Below, piece after piece: positions 1-11,801 of a stretch of 50,406 nt of DNA. A model generated the notes under the pieces. The model searched no databases. It was not told the DNA's origin and saw nothing but the letters and a program-made list of their open reading frames with translations. Made by a program: the position numbers and the translations under genes. Source of the stretch: Chara braunii (taxonomy: Eukaryota; Plantae; Charophyceae); the NCBI GenBank assembly GCA_003427395.1, contig BFEA01000002.1, positions 9,527,766 to 9,578,171 of the forward strand, given 5' to 3'. The stretch's first letter is position 1. Each line of letters begins with the position of its first letter.

Positions 1-3000
1 CTCTCTCTCTCTCTCTCTCTCTCGACTACTACCTCAGACTCAGTTAGCGACCGAGCGCTGCCGAAAAGGAACTCACACCTTCGGGCGCTGCTCGTCCGCC
101 TGTATTCCCCGCGTACGCCTCCCTTCAATGTTCTTCTCCTCGTCCTTTATACTCGCGGTCCCGGACGGATGCCACCCCCTTCGCCCCGCCTCGCAGCGCC
201 TCCCTTCTAGTTGATGCCAAAATTTCCCGACATTCAGACTTCCTGCTCAGCATACCCTCCTTCCTTTGTGATCTGCCTCCTTCGTCTTTTCGGCCACTCG
301 TCTTCCGCCTTCCCTTCCACATCGGAGTCGACTCCGCTCTTCTTTGATAATCGCCTTGTAGTATCCTTGACCGAAATTTTCCGAAATTTGAACTTCCCGC
401 TTAGCATCCCCTCCTTCCTTTGGGATCCACTCCCCTTTTGTCCTTTCGGCCATTCGTCTTCCCTTCTCTCTTTTGTGTGGGATTCGACTTTCTGGAGGCA
501 TCGCGTGTCGCCCGACAGTTATCATTAATCATACACGCTCTCTTTTTGATAACCGACTCGACCTGCCCCGCCTAGTATTTCTTCCACCCCACTTCGTCTT
601 ATCGGCCAATAGTCTTCCTTTTTCTCTTTCGTGAGGGATTCGACTTTCTGGAAGCATCACACGCCGCCCAATCAGTTATCACTAATCATACACGATAACT
701 GCCAACCAAAATTTCCCAAAATTCGAACTTTCCCGCTTAGTATTCCCTCCTTCTTTCGGGGACCCACCCCTTTTCATCTTATCGGCCAACCGTCTTCCCC
801 CCTCCCCTGTCGCTTTGAATTCGATTTTCTTGGGAGCAGCAGACCATTTTGACCTCGGCGCTGGGCGAATTAGTCGGTAGCTCTGTTTTACCCGACGGCT
901 ACACTCTCTCTCTAAGACAACTGTTTTGTAGAGCTGGAAGCTCAGCTCCGTCGAAGGCACCCCCTTTCTATCCTTTTCTCTCGGATTTCGTCGGTGCGAG
1001 TTCACGATCCGACCTCCTTTCTTTTACCACAGTCCTTCGGCCGTGCGCAACCACCCTTCGTCGTGCCAGGCCATAGTGTTACATGCCGCCCCTTGCAGTC
1101 CACCCCTCAAGGTGCCAAAAAAAAACTAAANTTTTGACTAAATTTCTAACTCCCGCCCCNGTCTTTTCTTCCNATGTCCCTTCTTCNCCCATCCCATCCA
1201 ATAGGATTCGCCCTTCCTCGCAGTGGCCGGATCGATCAGAGGTACGAGGCATACCCTTGATTCTGATCGCGCTCCCTTTCGTCCGTCCTTCCACCCAGCT
1301 TCCGGCTCCCTCCCTTCCGCAACTCTCCGCCCTGCTCCTTCCTTGGTAGTCTGAGAAAAGTTCCGAGGAGCGCGCGCCTTCCCTTATTCGGTTATCAAGA
1401 ATTTCCAGCTCCCGCTCGTTCACCCGAGTCGACGTTTTCTTGCTTCTNGCCTTGCAACNAACCGTGGCACACAGTCCCTTCCGTCTTTTCACCTTCCCTC
1501 CTTTTGTTCGTAACAGGCCGGCGGGACAGTGGACCCCCCCCCTCCCCGAGGATGANCCTTCAGTTCGGTCGACTCCCGGTCATTCAGGAAANGCAATCCC
1601 CCAGCTTGCAGATATTATTCCTCCCTCTCAGGTCGGTGCCCTATATAGATCCTCCCCCTTTTTCGTTCGTTGGATGACACGATCCGAGCAGCCCGCGACC
1701 AACTCGTCCTGCCAGGTCTCGTGGCGTGCCCCCCTTTTCCTCGTGCGAGCACCAGCTCCTTCCCATTCTTCCAGTCAGCGGCCTAGCCCAACCATTCCTT
1801 TTCCGCATCGGGCTTTCTCCTGCTCTCCCGACAATTTTTCTGAAATCGATCGCCACGGGGCATCCAAATCCTGTATCCAACTCTTCCGGTCGCGCAGTGC
1901 TAAGACCGATCCTTCCGCATCGGCGATCTTCATCTTGATTGGCTTATCTCCGGAGCTTGCGCGTCCCCGTTATCGGCCACCACCTTCCTGAGCCCTGTAC
2001 GGCCTCCTCTGTCTTCTTTTCTCCCTCCTTCTCGGTCTCACTTTGGCCCCACCTGATTAACACTGTCTTGCCTTGAGAAGCAGTCCCCTCTCTTCAATCT
2101 TCACGTGATCAAGCAGCTCCCCCTTCATTTTCATTTTCCTTCCTTCCCCTTTTGAGTTTGCGATGGCTATCTTACCAGCCGCGGGTCAACTTGGATCATG
2201 ATTGGCGCGGCATTGGTCCGATCACCAGCTACCGGCGCTTCGCCCGTACCTGTTCATTGCAGATTTCCAAAGGGAAATCGATCCGGCGCCCGCCACCGTC
2301 TAAGGACTTATCGCAGCCCTCGTTACGAACCCATCCTTGGTGCAACCGCGTTTCGGCCTCTTCTGCCCCTGAAAAGTCCTGCGACCAAGCCCGTGAGACC
2401 GGGTTTAATCCGTCCCCCTTTTTGGTCAAACCTGGATCTTCTCTCACTTCGTTATCCTGAGTTTTCCACGGCCTGCCTCAAGGTCAGCCATCAACCCTTG
2501 ATCCTTTACCCGAGGCACTAAAAACCTCAATCTCCTGGAATCCACCCGTTCAAATTCCCCCTTTTGTGCCTGTTTTCTCCCAAACCGGTCATCGTCACCA
2601 GCAGCCAGTTTCGAGCATCGCCTCGTGGCCGCTCCTTCGCATTGTCGCAGGAGACCTCTGGCGTGGTCGCTGCATCAGGATCGCGTCGGCCGTCGTGGCA
2701 TTTCTCCCCACCTCCCGGGACTGCAGACCGCGTTAGGCACGAGTAGACTCCGCTACGTACAACTGTGGTAGCCTGTTGGTTACTTCGAAACAGAGGTTCC
2801 TGTCCTTCACCAGCCGCCCATTTTCGATCTGATCTAGGCTCATCCCGATGCATATTGTCTGTCCCGCATTTTCAGTTTCCGATTCCGGGAAACTCCCGTT
2901 TTTCACGATCCGCCCGAGCCCGCTTAGGATCAAGTCGCCACCGCCACTCCAGGCAATCGGAGGGTTAGTATGAGGGCCCGAAAACCTGAGGACATCCAGA

Positions 3001-3116
3001 ATCATCATACCCACATGCATACATACGTCAAAACCATGCGAAAAACAGCAAAAAGAGAAATTATTTTTCATTTTAAATAAAGAAAAACCCTTCGGCTGGT
3101 GGGCAGCCTCCCGACA
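1..3116 (-). repeat. 3' LTR (partial; the window starts in its internal (CT)n tract)
   Basis: Near-identical to ~18700-21760. Begins TGTCGG on the minus strand just after the purine-rich tract downstream of integrase. Confidence 0.93.
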
Positions 3117-3136
3117 ACCAGCCCACACCCTATTTC
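3117..3136 (-). promoter_or_regulatory. Putative polypurine tract
   Basis: Minus strand GAAATAGGGTGTGGGCTGGT directly precedes the LTR TG. Imperfect purine run. Confidence 0.45.
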
Positions 3137-3436
3137 TCGCCATCCCCGGCGAGTGCTTCCCAAAGTATTTCCTTGTTCCTTATTTTGTCTCATCACATTT
3201 CCTCTGGTCCCCCCTTTTTTTTTGGTTGTCCCTCCCCTTTTACCGTATAAATGCCCTTTGATGCCCGCTCTTCCTAATTATAGTACAGTATTCCTTTGGA
3301 GTCGTAACATGTACCCTTTTTTGACACACGTCCCCCTAACTATGGTACGTCCTTCCTTTAGGTCCCGTGACACATGTCCCTCTCTGACTATGGTACAATT
3401 CCCCTTCTTAGGACTAAAGACTCATGGCGCATCGTC

Positions 3437-4273
3437 CTACGACCGTCTCCGTCTCCTTTTCCTCTTCTCGTGCCTTTCTCTCTTCCGTTTCCTTTCTTCT
3501 CTTTCCCGTTTGATTTTCAAGGCTTTCCTTGAGGCACTCCGCCTCTCCCTTAGCCGGCGCTTCCTTAACCGATCGTCATCACCTTCTTCTTCTCTAGGCC
3601 TTTTCTTCTTCCTAGGGGTCTTTGGTAGCGGAGGCTTCCGAACCTTATACCCTTTCCTGGTTGGGCGAGACGAGGCCCCTTGTCTGGAGGTCTCCCCCTC
3701 TTCATGAGTGATAGTCAGTTCTGTTTTTAGCACTTCCTTCCCTTTTAGTTTCAGCTCCTCCCCCAGGGTCCCCTTCGATCGGAAGATTTTAAGACGAGCC
3801 CCAGCGATAGGGTCCCGTAACCTACTCCCATCTAATTCAGCGAGCATATAAGCCCCCCCATCCAACCTCTTTAGGACCTTATACGGTCCCATCCACCGGT
3901 TCGCCAATTTCCGGCTCCAGGTCTTTTCTAGCGACGAATCGTACATCAGTACCATGTCATTAATCCCTATTGGCGCCTTTCGAACCCGCAGGTTTTTGTC
4001 CCACCTATCTTTCCCTTTCACCCTCTCTCTCTCGATGTTCTCACTGGCCGTGGCTACTCCGACATCCAAGTTCTCGGCTATCTGTTGTATCTGTGCTTCC
4101 AATAGCTCACCCCTAGACATGTTGGTTTTCCACGAGACACTTGTCCAAGTGTCAATGTGGAACTCAATGGGTAGGGGAAAATGCCTGCCGAACCAAAGGG
4201 TGTAAGGAGGGTACCCAGTACTCGATTTGACCGTGATGTTGTCCGCCCAAACCACGTATCGTAAATACTTGGG
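3437..4273 (-). pseudogene. pol: Integrase C-terminal part (GPY/F motif, long Arg/Lys-rich tail, no chromodomain)
   Basis: In frame with the upstream pol ORF across one TGA (4274-4276). Motifs STGYPPYTLWFG and LANRWMGPYKV...AYMLAELDG. Confidence 0.9.
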
Positions 4274-6830
4274 TCATTGTTCCTCGCGACCCTTGCACCA
4301 CTTTGCTAGGGCGTCCACAAGCGTCTGGTGCCCCCTTTCTACCAGCGCGTTGCTTTGGGGGTGATAAGCGGTTGTATAGGCCTCCCCGATCCCTGCCTTT
4401 TCTAACAACCCCTTCACCTTTTGGCTCAAGAATTCAGCTCCCTTATCTATGACTATTTTCCCGACACATCCATATCGCGCGATATACTCTAGGAGAAAAT
4501 CACTCACCTCCTCCACCGTCTTTTTCTTAATGGCCTTTGCTTCTACGAATCCGGTGAGGTCATCCCGGGCGTTGATTATATACCGAAGACCGCCGACCCC
4601 TTTTGGCATGGTCACCAAGTCGATATGGACCTTCTCGCCTGGGACCGTGGGAAGCGACGGAACTAAGGGTTCTTTGTATCGAACCGTCGCCCTTTTCTGA
4701 CAAGCTTCACAGGTAGAACAATACTTTTCCACTTCGGCGTATTGCCCGTCCCACCAATAAAGCCTGCGGACCTTATCGAAAGTGCCTTTAATCCCCTTGT
4801 GACCTCCAATGACCCCATCGTATAACTCTTCTATGACCGCCCTTCTCTCCTCCGGATCACACAGCACCCTCATGGGTATTGCAAATTTGGTGGGTCTTTT
4901 GAAGAGGTGGCCTCCCCGCAGGCAATATCCCAGCGCCTCTTGCTGGATCCTTTCAGTCCTTGTTTCCCTACCGGCCAAGTATAACCCTATGTCTCCGTAC
5001 TTTCCGTCGTAGAGATTTGCGAGAAAGGTCCTTGGCCCCCCTACTTCCCCTCGGCTGCCCCCAGCTATTTGCGCTCTATTTGCAGCGACTTTCATTATCG
5101 CCTCTTCGACCATTGCCTCTTCTTCCTTCTTAAGCCTAGGCATGTCCTCCTCTCGAATGGGAAGCCGAGACAATCCATCGGCGACCTGGTTTTTGGTCCC
5201 CGATATCCTCTCGACCCTATAGTCATAAAGGCTGATATGGATCATCCAGCGTGCGATGGTTGGATCCGTCAATGAGAAATCCTTTTGGAGGACCGCGGCC
5301 ACTGCCGTCAGGTCCACCGTTAGGAGAAATCGTCGTCCGTACAGGTAGTGACGGCAGGCTTTTAGGCAATGTAGTACCCCCAACACTTCCTTCTTGAATT
5401 GGCTATAATTTCTCTCTGCGGGGTTTAAGGTCCAACTTTCGAATCGCAACGGTCTCTCTCTCCCTTCCCCATCCTTTTGTGACAGGAGACCCCCTACTGA
5501 GTGAGGTCCAGCGTCCGTGGATACTATAAACGGACGACTCTCTTCGTCTTCAAAAAACGGGACTCCTAGGACTTCTCCACCTTCTTTGAACTCCCCCTTC
5601 AAGGCTTCCATGGCCGCTGTTTGTTCTTCTCCCCAAACCCATCCTTCCGATTTCCTGAGGAGTCTTCTAAGGGGTTCCGCCTTCTCTCCATAGGCTTTTA
5701 TGAAGATTCGCCAGTAGCCCACAACCCCTAGAAACTGTCGGACCTCCGTTATGGATTTGAGCGGTGAAGGCCAGGTCATCAACTTTACCAATTTCTCGGG
5801 ATCGGGCCTCCGCCCTTCCTTATCGCAAATGAACCCCAATATCTTGATGGAGGATACACCCCAACGACTCTTAGTCCCGCTTACCATGAGGTTGGCATCG
5901 TCTAGTTTCTCAAGGACGTCCCTCACATCTTGCATGTGGTCGGTCACAAACTTTCTAACCCAAGGGAAATCCTCGGTCTCATCCCTCTCGACCGGCCCTT
6001 TTATTGGGAAATCATCCAGGAAGACTTCCACCTTCTCCGGTATGAACTCCTTGAGGACCGCGATCATGGCCCTTTGGAACACGGCTACCCCATTGGTCCA
6101 ACCCATCGGTACCACCATCATTTGAACCAACCCTAAGGGTGTATGCATGGCGGTCATGTGCCTGTCCTGGTAATCTAAAGGAATCTCATCGTACCCTGAG
6201 AAGAGATCGCAAATAGAGTATATTGAGCGACCCGTTGACCCTTCCGCTAGCAAGTCGGCCTCCGGTATAGACCCCACGTCTCTTACGGTGACTGCATTGG
6301 TCGTCTGGAGGTTTTGGATCCATCTTAGTTTGTTGCTACCTCCCTTCCTTAGAAAGAACCACTTATTGGAGTAGGCACTCTCGCAAGGCTCCGCGACGAA
6401 TGTCCTGATCTTTCCCTTGATGAAGGTCACTATCTCTTCTTTCTCCTTTTGAGCATACTTCCATTAAGGCCTGTCCTTCCAAGGGACGTGCGAAATCGTG
6501 TGGATCCGGGCAGGCTTAGCATACCTTGGGTCGATTCTCCCTCTCTCCGAGTCGTTGAAGGCAATGGCCTTATCGCAGCCCCTTAAGGTCATTGCTATGA
6601 ACTCTTTTTCTTCCTCCATGAGATTCCTGTCTCCTATATCCATTTTGGCCAGTCTATCGACCGTTATCCTTCACCCTTCCATCTCTTTCCTCTTCCTGAT
6701 GATATCGGCTATCTCCTCTTCCGATATCGTAGCTTCCCCCATTCTATCCCGGCTGACCGCGGTGGGTTTCACTTTCTCCGCCACGGTTTTGTGCTTCTTA
6801 ATTCCGCCGGCTAGGGGGATCCCTCCAAAA
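4274..6830 (-). pseudogene. pol: Pol: reverse transcriptase, RNase H, integrase zinc finger and DDE core
   Basis: RT motifs DLFSGY, VPMGWTNG, FLDD. RNase H motifs TDAG and RNYSQFKKE. Integrase GHKG...CEAC, HIDL, IDKGAEF, SNALVERGH. The frame extends upstream of 6430 through two premature stops (KHKTVAEKVKP...). Confidence 0.95.
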
Positions 6831-8745
6831 AAGACAAACTGACGCACCCACCGAACTCTTCTTCCTCGCCCTCCTTCTCGTACCCCGTGCCGTTAATTAC
6901 TATCCTGTCCCCCACGTCTTCGATCTCCAATTGGTCCCCCTTGGGTCCTCTATCCATCAAGGGCACTTCCTCTAGACGGACTCGACACACCCTCGACTGG
7001 GCCCCCTTGCGCTTAGTAAGGTTGGTCCGGTTACATTCATCTTGCGCGTCCACGGTCTTTAGGACCACTCTGATTCCATCAGGACTTTGGATCGAGAGAG
7101 TTTGACTTTCATCCGGCAAATCAACCGTGGTTGCATGTACCGCGCTTAGCCAGGTCCTTCCGAGGATTAATTCGAAGGAACATTCTTTTACCGAAAAGAT
7201 CGGTACCGTGGCCCCCACACCAGCTACCTCAATTACGGGGCTATGACACACCCCTTCCGCCGGTTGCAGCTTGTTATCCACCATCACCATCGACATTAAC
7301 ACCCCTCGATCTATCTCCAGGCCTAGCTCTCGCGCGATGGAGTCCCTACATACCGTAGACTCGGACCCATTGTCCACTAAGGCCCTCATCTTTTTCCCAC
7401 TTACCACCGTCTGGAGCTGGCCGCTCCCTAGCACGTAGAACTTTTTGGCCTCTTCCCCCGAGAAGAAATTGGCCGGTAGCTCCTCCATGGTAATGCGGGT
7501 GGCCTGCACTTCTTCCTTGGTGGGACCTTCCACCAGCACCGTGGGCCCTACCGCGAGCGGGACTCTCACCTTCCTTGTGATGCTTAGGAGCTCCTCTCTG
7601 ACACTTTTGCTCGCGGCTAGATATTCTAAAAGGGTGCACTGCATGGGCTGCATCAGCGTCCGCCTAAGGGGTGCTATCGTGTCTATCTCATCCAGAGTGC
7701 ACTTCATTTCGAACTTTTTGGGCCCTCTTTTCTTAGGCGATTTTGGCGATGTGGGCTCCTCCTTTTTTTCCTCCACCGCCTTTGCGTCGGTCATCGACTG
7801 GTCATTGTCGCCGCTTTTTACTTCCGTACTTTCCGTCACGCTTGCTTGGTTTTCGGAAGTCTCTGTCCCAACTTGCGTCCTCACCCTTAGGCAGGGCCTC
7901 TCCTCTTCGGGCTGGGTATTCACGAACTTGATGCTCGATACTTGGGGCTCTCTAATGGACAATCCTCCCGGTGACTCCACCATTTGGATGTGAGCAGTGT
8001 TAGAGGAGCTTCCGGCTTCCGGCTTCTTACCGAGTCTAGCTTCCTGAAGGGTCACCCTCTTGTCCACGTTCACTTTCATCGATGGGTAAAAGGAGACTGC
8101 CTCGCCGCTACCCCCCCCCACAACCCACTTGTTTTCGTTAAGCTTGACCACTCCCAATCTCAAAGCCTCTGTGAGATAAGGGCAGTCCCTTTTGATGTGG
8201 TTTTCTTCGTTGCAGTAGACACACCCGGCCCGAGCTTGGGGATTGTTGGGACGCGGACCCCCTTGTGTTGTTGCCGCTATGGGCGCAGGCGGAACCGGTG
8301 GTGGTGGTGCCGGGGGTTGTGGCGCTCTAACCTCTGGTCGCGGCCCTTGGGCCCTAGCTTGAGGGGCCTTTCCCCACCTTCCATCCCTAACATCCTTCCA
8401 ATGGGAATTTCCCCAATCGGAACCACGATTCCCCCCTACTTCCCTGTCGTTCTTCCAACCTCCCTGGCCATTTAACTCGTTCCTCCATCCGGTAGGCCGG
8501 TCTCCCCACCGGGGACCAGGCGGAGCCGGTGGTGGTCTATCGCTCCCTCTAGGACCATCGCTCCGTGTCCCTCGCATGTGGCGGAGGGCCATGTCCAAGG
8601 TCTCTTTCATGTATTTTCTTACGTCCACCCCTCCCCCTGTGAAAACCACTTCAGCTACTTTCTCGAAATTTACAGAATCCCTCGGGGTCTTTTCAGGACC
8701 TCCTTCCTCTTCTCTTCGGGCAGATGCAGCATGAACATTACGCAC
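6811..8745 (-). CDS. Gag C-terminus (CCHC zinc knuckle) plus aspartic protease
   Basis: CVYCNEENHIKRDC knuckle. Retropepsin motifs ALVDNGSES and ILGRTWL. Confidence 0.9.
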   Translation of the reverse strand: MRNVHAASARREEEGGPEKTPRDSVNFEKVAEVVFTGGGVDVRKYMKETLDMALRHMRGTRSDGPRGSDRPPPAPPGPRWGDRPTGWRNELNGQGGWKNDREVGGNRGSDWGNSHWKDVRDGRWGKAPQARAQGPRPEVRAPQPPAPPPPVPPAPIAATTQGGPRPNNPQARAGCVYCNEENHIKRDCPYLTEALRLGVVKLNENKWVVGGGSGEAVSFYPSMKVNVDKRVTLQEARLGKKPEAGSSSNTAHIQMVESPGGLSIREPQVSSIKFVNTQPEEERPCLRVRTQVGTETSENQASVTESTEVKSGDNDQSMTDAKAVEEKKEEPTSPKSPKKRGPKKFEMKCTLDEIDTIAPLRRTLMQPMQCTLLEYLAASKSVREELLSITRKVRVPLAVGPTVLVEGPTKEEVQATRITMEELPANFFSGEEAKKFYVLGSGQLQTVVSGKKMRALVDNGSESTVCRDSIARELGLEIDRGVLMSMVMVDNKLQPAEGVCHSPVIEVAGVGATVPIFSVKECSFELILGRTWLSAVHATTVDLPDESQTLSIQSPDGIRVVLKTVDAQDECNRTNLTKRKGAQSRVCRVRLEEVPLMDRGPKGDQLEIEDVGDRIVINGTGYEKEGEEEEFGGCVSLSFLEGSP

Positions 8746-10195
8746 CTGTCTACCTCGGACAGCATGCCCCTATCCACTAGGGCTTGGGACAGACGCTTGA
8801 ACCTACGGGTAAAGGCTACCAAGCTCTCCCTTTCCCCCCTTGTAATACGTCTCAAGCCCTCCACGGTCGGGATCAGGTCATCACAGGCGAACGTCCGCAA
8901 CAAGCTCGCCCTGAAGGTCCTCCATCGTCCGTCTGAAGGGTAGATAGCTCGGATCGCGGTGTCTAGCTCAGGGTCTGAGTGCTGGATTAAATAATCGATC
9001 CACTCTCTCTCAGAGAACCTCTTGCGGTAAGCGTAGCTTTCCCATTTCTCCACGAACCCTGTCACATCTCGTCCATCGAAAAAAAGCGCCTCCAGACCCA
9101 AGTTGACGTCATAATAGGGCACCCGTCGGTCGTCATATCGACGAAAATAGGGACCTTCCATAGGCCCATCGGTTGCCGTATCGTACGGTTTGTACCACGA
9201 GGGATCGGGCTCCTCTACCCGGCCTCGAGGTCTTGATGGCTCCCAGGGGTGTTCCCCGTAGCGGCCCCGCTCATCCGGCCAATCTGCTTCCCACCGAGCG
9301 GGGTCCGGCCCTCTAAAACTCCGCTGGGTCTCCATCCCTTGACTCCTGCCCGTTATCTCACCAGGGGCCCAAGCCGCGTCTGCTTCTCTCACGGCCCATC
9401 TACGCGACCTTCTACCAGCCTCCGCCGGCCTTTCTTCTCTAAGACCCCTTCTACTTGGTCCCCCTTCCCCTTCTCTCTGGGGTGGTCGGTACCCCCTCCC
9501 ATCTCTTGGAAATCCTAGGGCTTCTCCCATTCTCGCGTTCGGTAAATCCCCCCACCGAGATTCTATAGGAAGGCCCCTCGAGCCCTCGGTTGCCCATCTC
9601 TTACTAGCATTCTCATTTCCACACCAGATCTCGGACCTAGCAAGCCCTGTCTTTCACTGGTGACGGCCTCCGGGACCCTTTCAACCCATCTCCTTCCCTC
9701 TCTCAAGTCCCTCTTGTCTTGACACTCCTCTTCTTCTCCCCTAAGTGGTCGATACCCTTGTCTATCCCTAGGGAATTCCCGTGTTCCCTCTAGCCTTGCT
9801 TCCGCATCCATTAGGTCTGCCCACCGGGACTCCACCGGAACGCCTCTCGCGGCTTCAGCTACCCCCTCGTTTACCGTCACCCGTGGCCCCACATCCCTGT
9901 GCACTCGCACCTCTGCGCCATCCCTTTGCCCCTCTGCGGCTTGTCTCTCTCCCGGAGCCATTTCCGGGACCCCTTCGGCCCTATCAAGCGTCTCTTTCCC
10001 CTCAGTTATTTCTTCCACTACCTTGCTTAGACTGGCCCCCAATTCGGGGCTCTTCACTGTCCCCCTTCATTCAGTGGCTTCCGGCGGACCAGGGAGACCA
10101 GCCCCCGCTTCACTCTCCATGCACCCTTATTCGCTACTTCTAGTCGCCTCCCTCGCTACCGTCCGTGTCACTACCCGGCTCGCCCTCCTCACCAT
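8670..10195 (-). pseudogene. gag: Gag N-terminal/capsid region (frameshifted, premature stops)
   Basis: Likely start MVRRASRVVTR at 10195, in frame with ORF 9563-10057. Frameshift near 9575 into 8670-9530, which has a retrotransposon-gag-like core (FDGRDVTGFVEKWE...W..FR...ESLVAFTRRF). Confidence 0.75.
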
Positions 10196-10931
10196 TGTCT
10201 CCGTTACTTCATGAGCTTTTTTCCTCCTCTGTTCCCTCCTCCTCCTCACTAGAATCCTCGTCTGCACCTTCTCCCTCCGACTCCTTACTGGTTACTGTCC
10301 ACCAAGAATCCCTGAGTTTCTTCTCCTTACTAGCAGCCAATGCAAGATTTGCGACCGCTAGGTCCGAGATGCTTCTAACCCCCTCTTGCGCACATCTCCT
10401 AATCAAATCCCTGTCCACATCTCCCGGCTGCCCGGAGAATAGAGGCTTGATGAACTCCCCAACGCGCGCCCACCACTCGAAATCGGTGTCAAAGCCTCTT
10501 CGTATTCGCTCGTCCTATCCCAAAACCGAGTTTCCACAAGGTGTGTCCTAGACGTCAGTGGCGCTCCTAGACACCTTGAGTCCTCCTCGAACTTTCTCTC
10601 TACTTCCAGCAAAGGCTCCCTCCAAGTCCTCGAGAATCTCACGCCACTCGCGTTTCCAATGCGGACCGAAAAGGTAGCTAGGGTGGTCCAGTTCCTTCTC
10701 TTCCACAAAGCCAGCCTTCGGACTTCCACTAGAAACTCCGTCTCGGCGCGGACTATCCGGTCCTCCCCCAATTCCGGGTTAAGCTCGACACTCCCCTCGA
10801 TCCTAACCTCGCGACCGTCCTCGTAGGTCTCTAATTCCCAACGAATCCTATTGGAGACGAACGTGGCTCTCATCCCCTCACCCCGAGAGAATGTCTATTG
10901 TGACCCCGTCGAGGATAGCGATTGTGGCCAT
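10140..10931 (-). pseudogene. Accessory ORF C5, unknown function (disrupted; acidic C-terminus)
   Basis: Fragments 10403-10873 and 10209-10418 can be joined by frameshifts. REVRIEGSVELNPE weakly resembles the family-C motif. Confidence 0.4.
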
Positions 10932-11042
10932 CTCTAGCAGCTTGACCCTGGCTAAGGACCCGGGCCTAACTCTCCTTCTTTCCAACACAGAGCAAGGATC
11001 CGCTGAACTTCTTCCCTCACTCTATCCAACCCCACAAGCTCC

Positions 11043-11801
11043 TCAAGGTCCGGCTCGGTCATCCCCTAACCTCCGTCGACGACAGGCAATAGCTACCCGA
11101 ATCAAGTCAGAGGTGTCCAACCCCGCTAGCTCCCCTTCACAAATCTTACCTATGTATCTCCACGATATCTTAGATTCTCTCGCGTGTCGACCCCACCCCT
11201 CAAAAGCGTAACCCAGGTCCTCTAGAGTCGACCAATCGTCTCTACAGGGGTCCCGAAAACACCAAGTTAGCAAGGTGTGTAGGTCTGATCCCGTGAACCT
11301 GAACTGACTTAGGATGGAAACCCTTCTTCCCACCACCTTCTTAACAGCCTCGGAGGGGTAAACCCGTTCAAAAATGAATCGGGGGACCTCCGCAGGCTCG
11401 CTGGAGAGGAACCGCGGTATTTCTTCCCAACCCCCGTAGGTCACTAGATATGCCTCTTCGCACCCTTCGTGAGGTCCCAACCCCTCCACTAACTCCCCTA
11501 GTCGGCCCCTTACGGCTTGAGCGTCCCAGAGAGGGTCCTGCCCAGTCCGTAAGCTACGCGCTATCTCAACAAAGCCTTCCTTCGAGAGGAATATCCTGGC
11601 TTCTCCAACCACGACCTGCCCCTGGCGACTCACCACGAAGCGTACGAACGCCTTCCCTCGTCGGGTCCCCCCCTCCTCTCGTAGGAGAGTCCTAGCTGGC
11701 TCGGCCAGCCGGGCCCTAGGCAGAGTGATTCTAATAACCTCCCCGGTATCCTCTACGGGCTCTATGGTCGCCCAGAGAGTCCTCGGAACCCTCCTTATCA
11801 T
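11043..11801 (-). CDS. Accessory ORF C4, unknown function
   Basis: 252-aa ORF. Its ATG overlaps the upstream TGA (ATGA, 11798-11801). Shares IFLSKE.F/WVE and EE.PR...P.F with C1. Confidence 0.65.
   Translation of the reverse strand: MIRRVPRTLWATIEPVEDTGEVIRITLPRARLAEPARTLLREEGGTRRGKAFVRFVVSRQGQVVVGEARIFLSKEGFVEIARSLRTGQDPLWDAQAVRGRLGELVEGLGPHEGCEEAYLVTYGGWEEIPRFLSSEPAEVPRFIFERVYPSEAVKKVVGRRVSILSQFRFTGSDLHTLLTWCFRDPCRDDWSTLEDLGYAFEGWGRHARESKISWRYIGKICEGELAGLDTSDLIRVAIACRRRRLGDDRAGP

Noticed and set aside
125-3143. Many 60-200 aa ORFs within the LTRs (also 18749-21835)
   Set aside because: No domains, mostly non-ATG starts, and reading frames differ between the two LTR copies after indels.
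4449-9518. Plus-strand antisense ORFs over gag-pol
   Set aside because: Shadow ORFs of the minus-strand coding frame.
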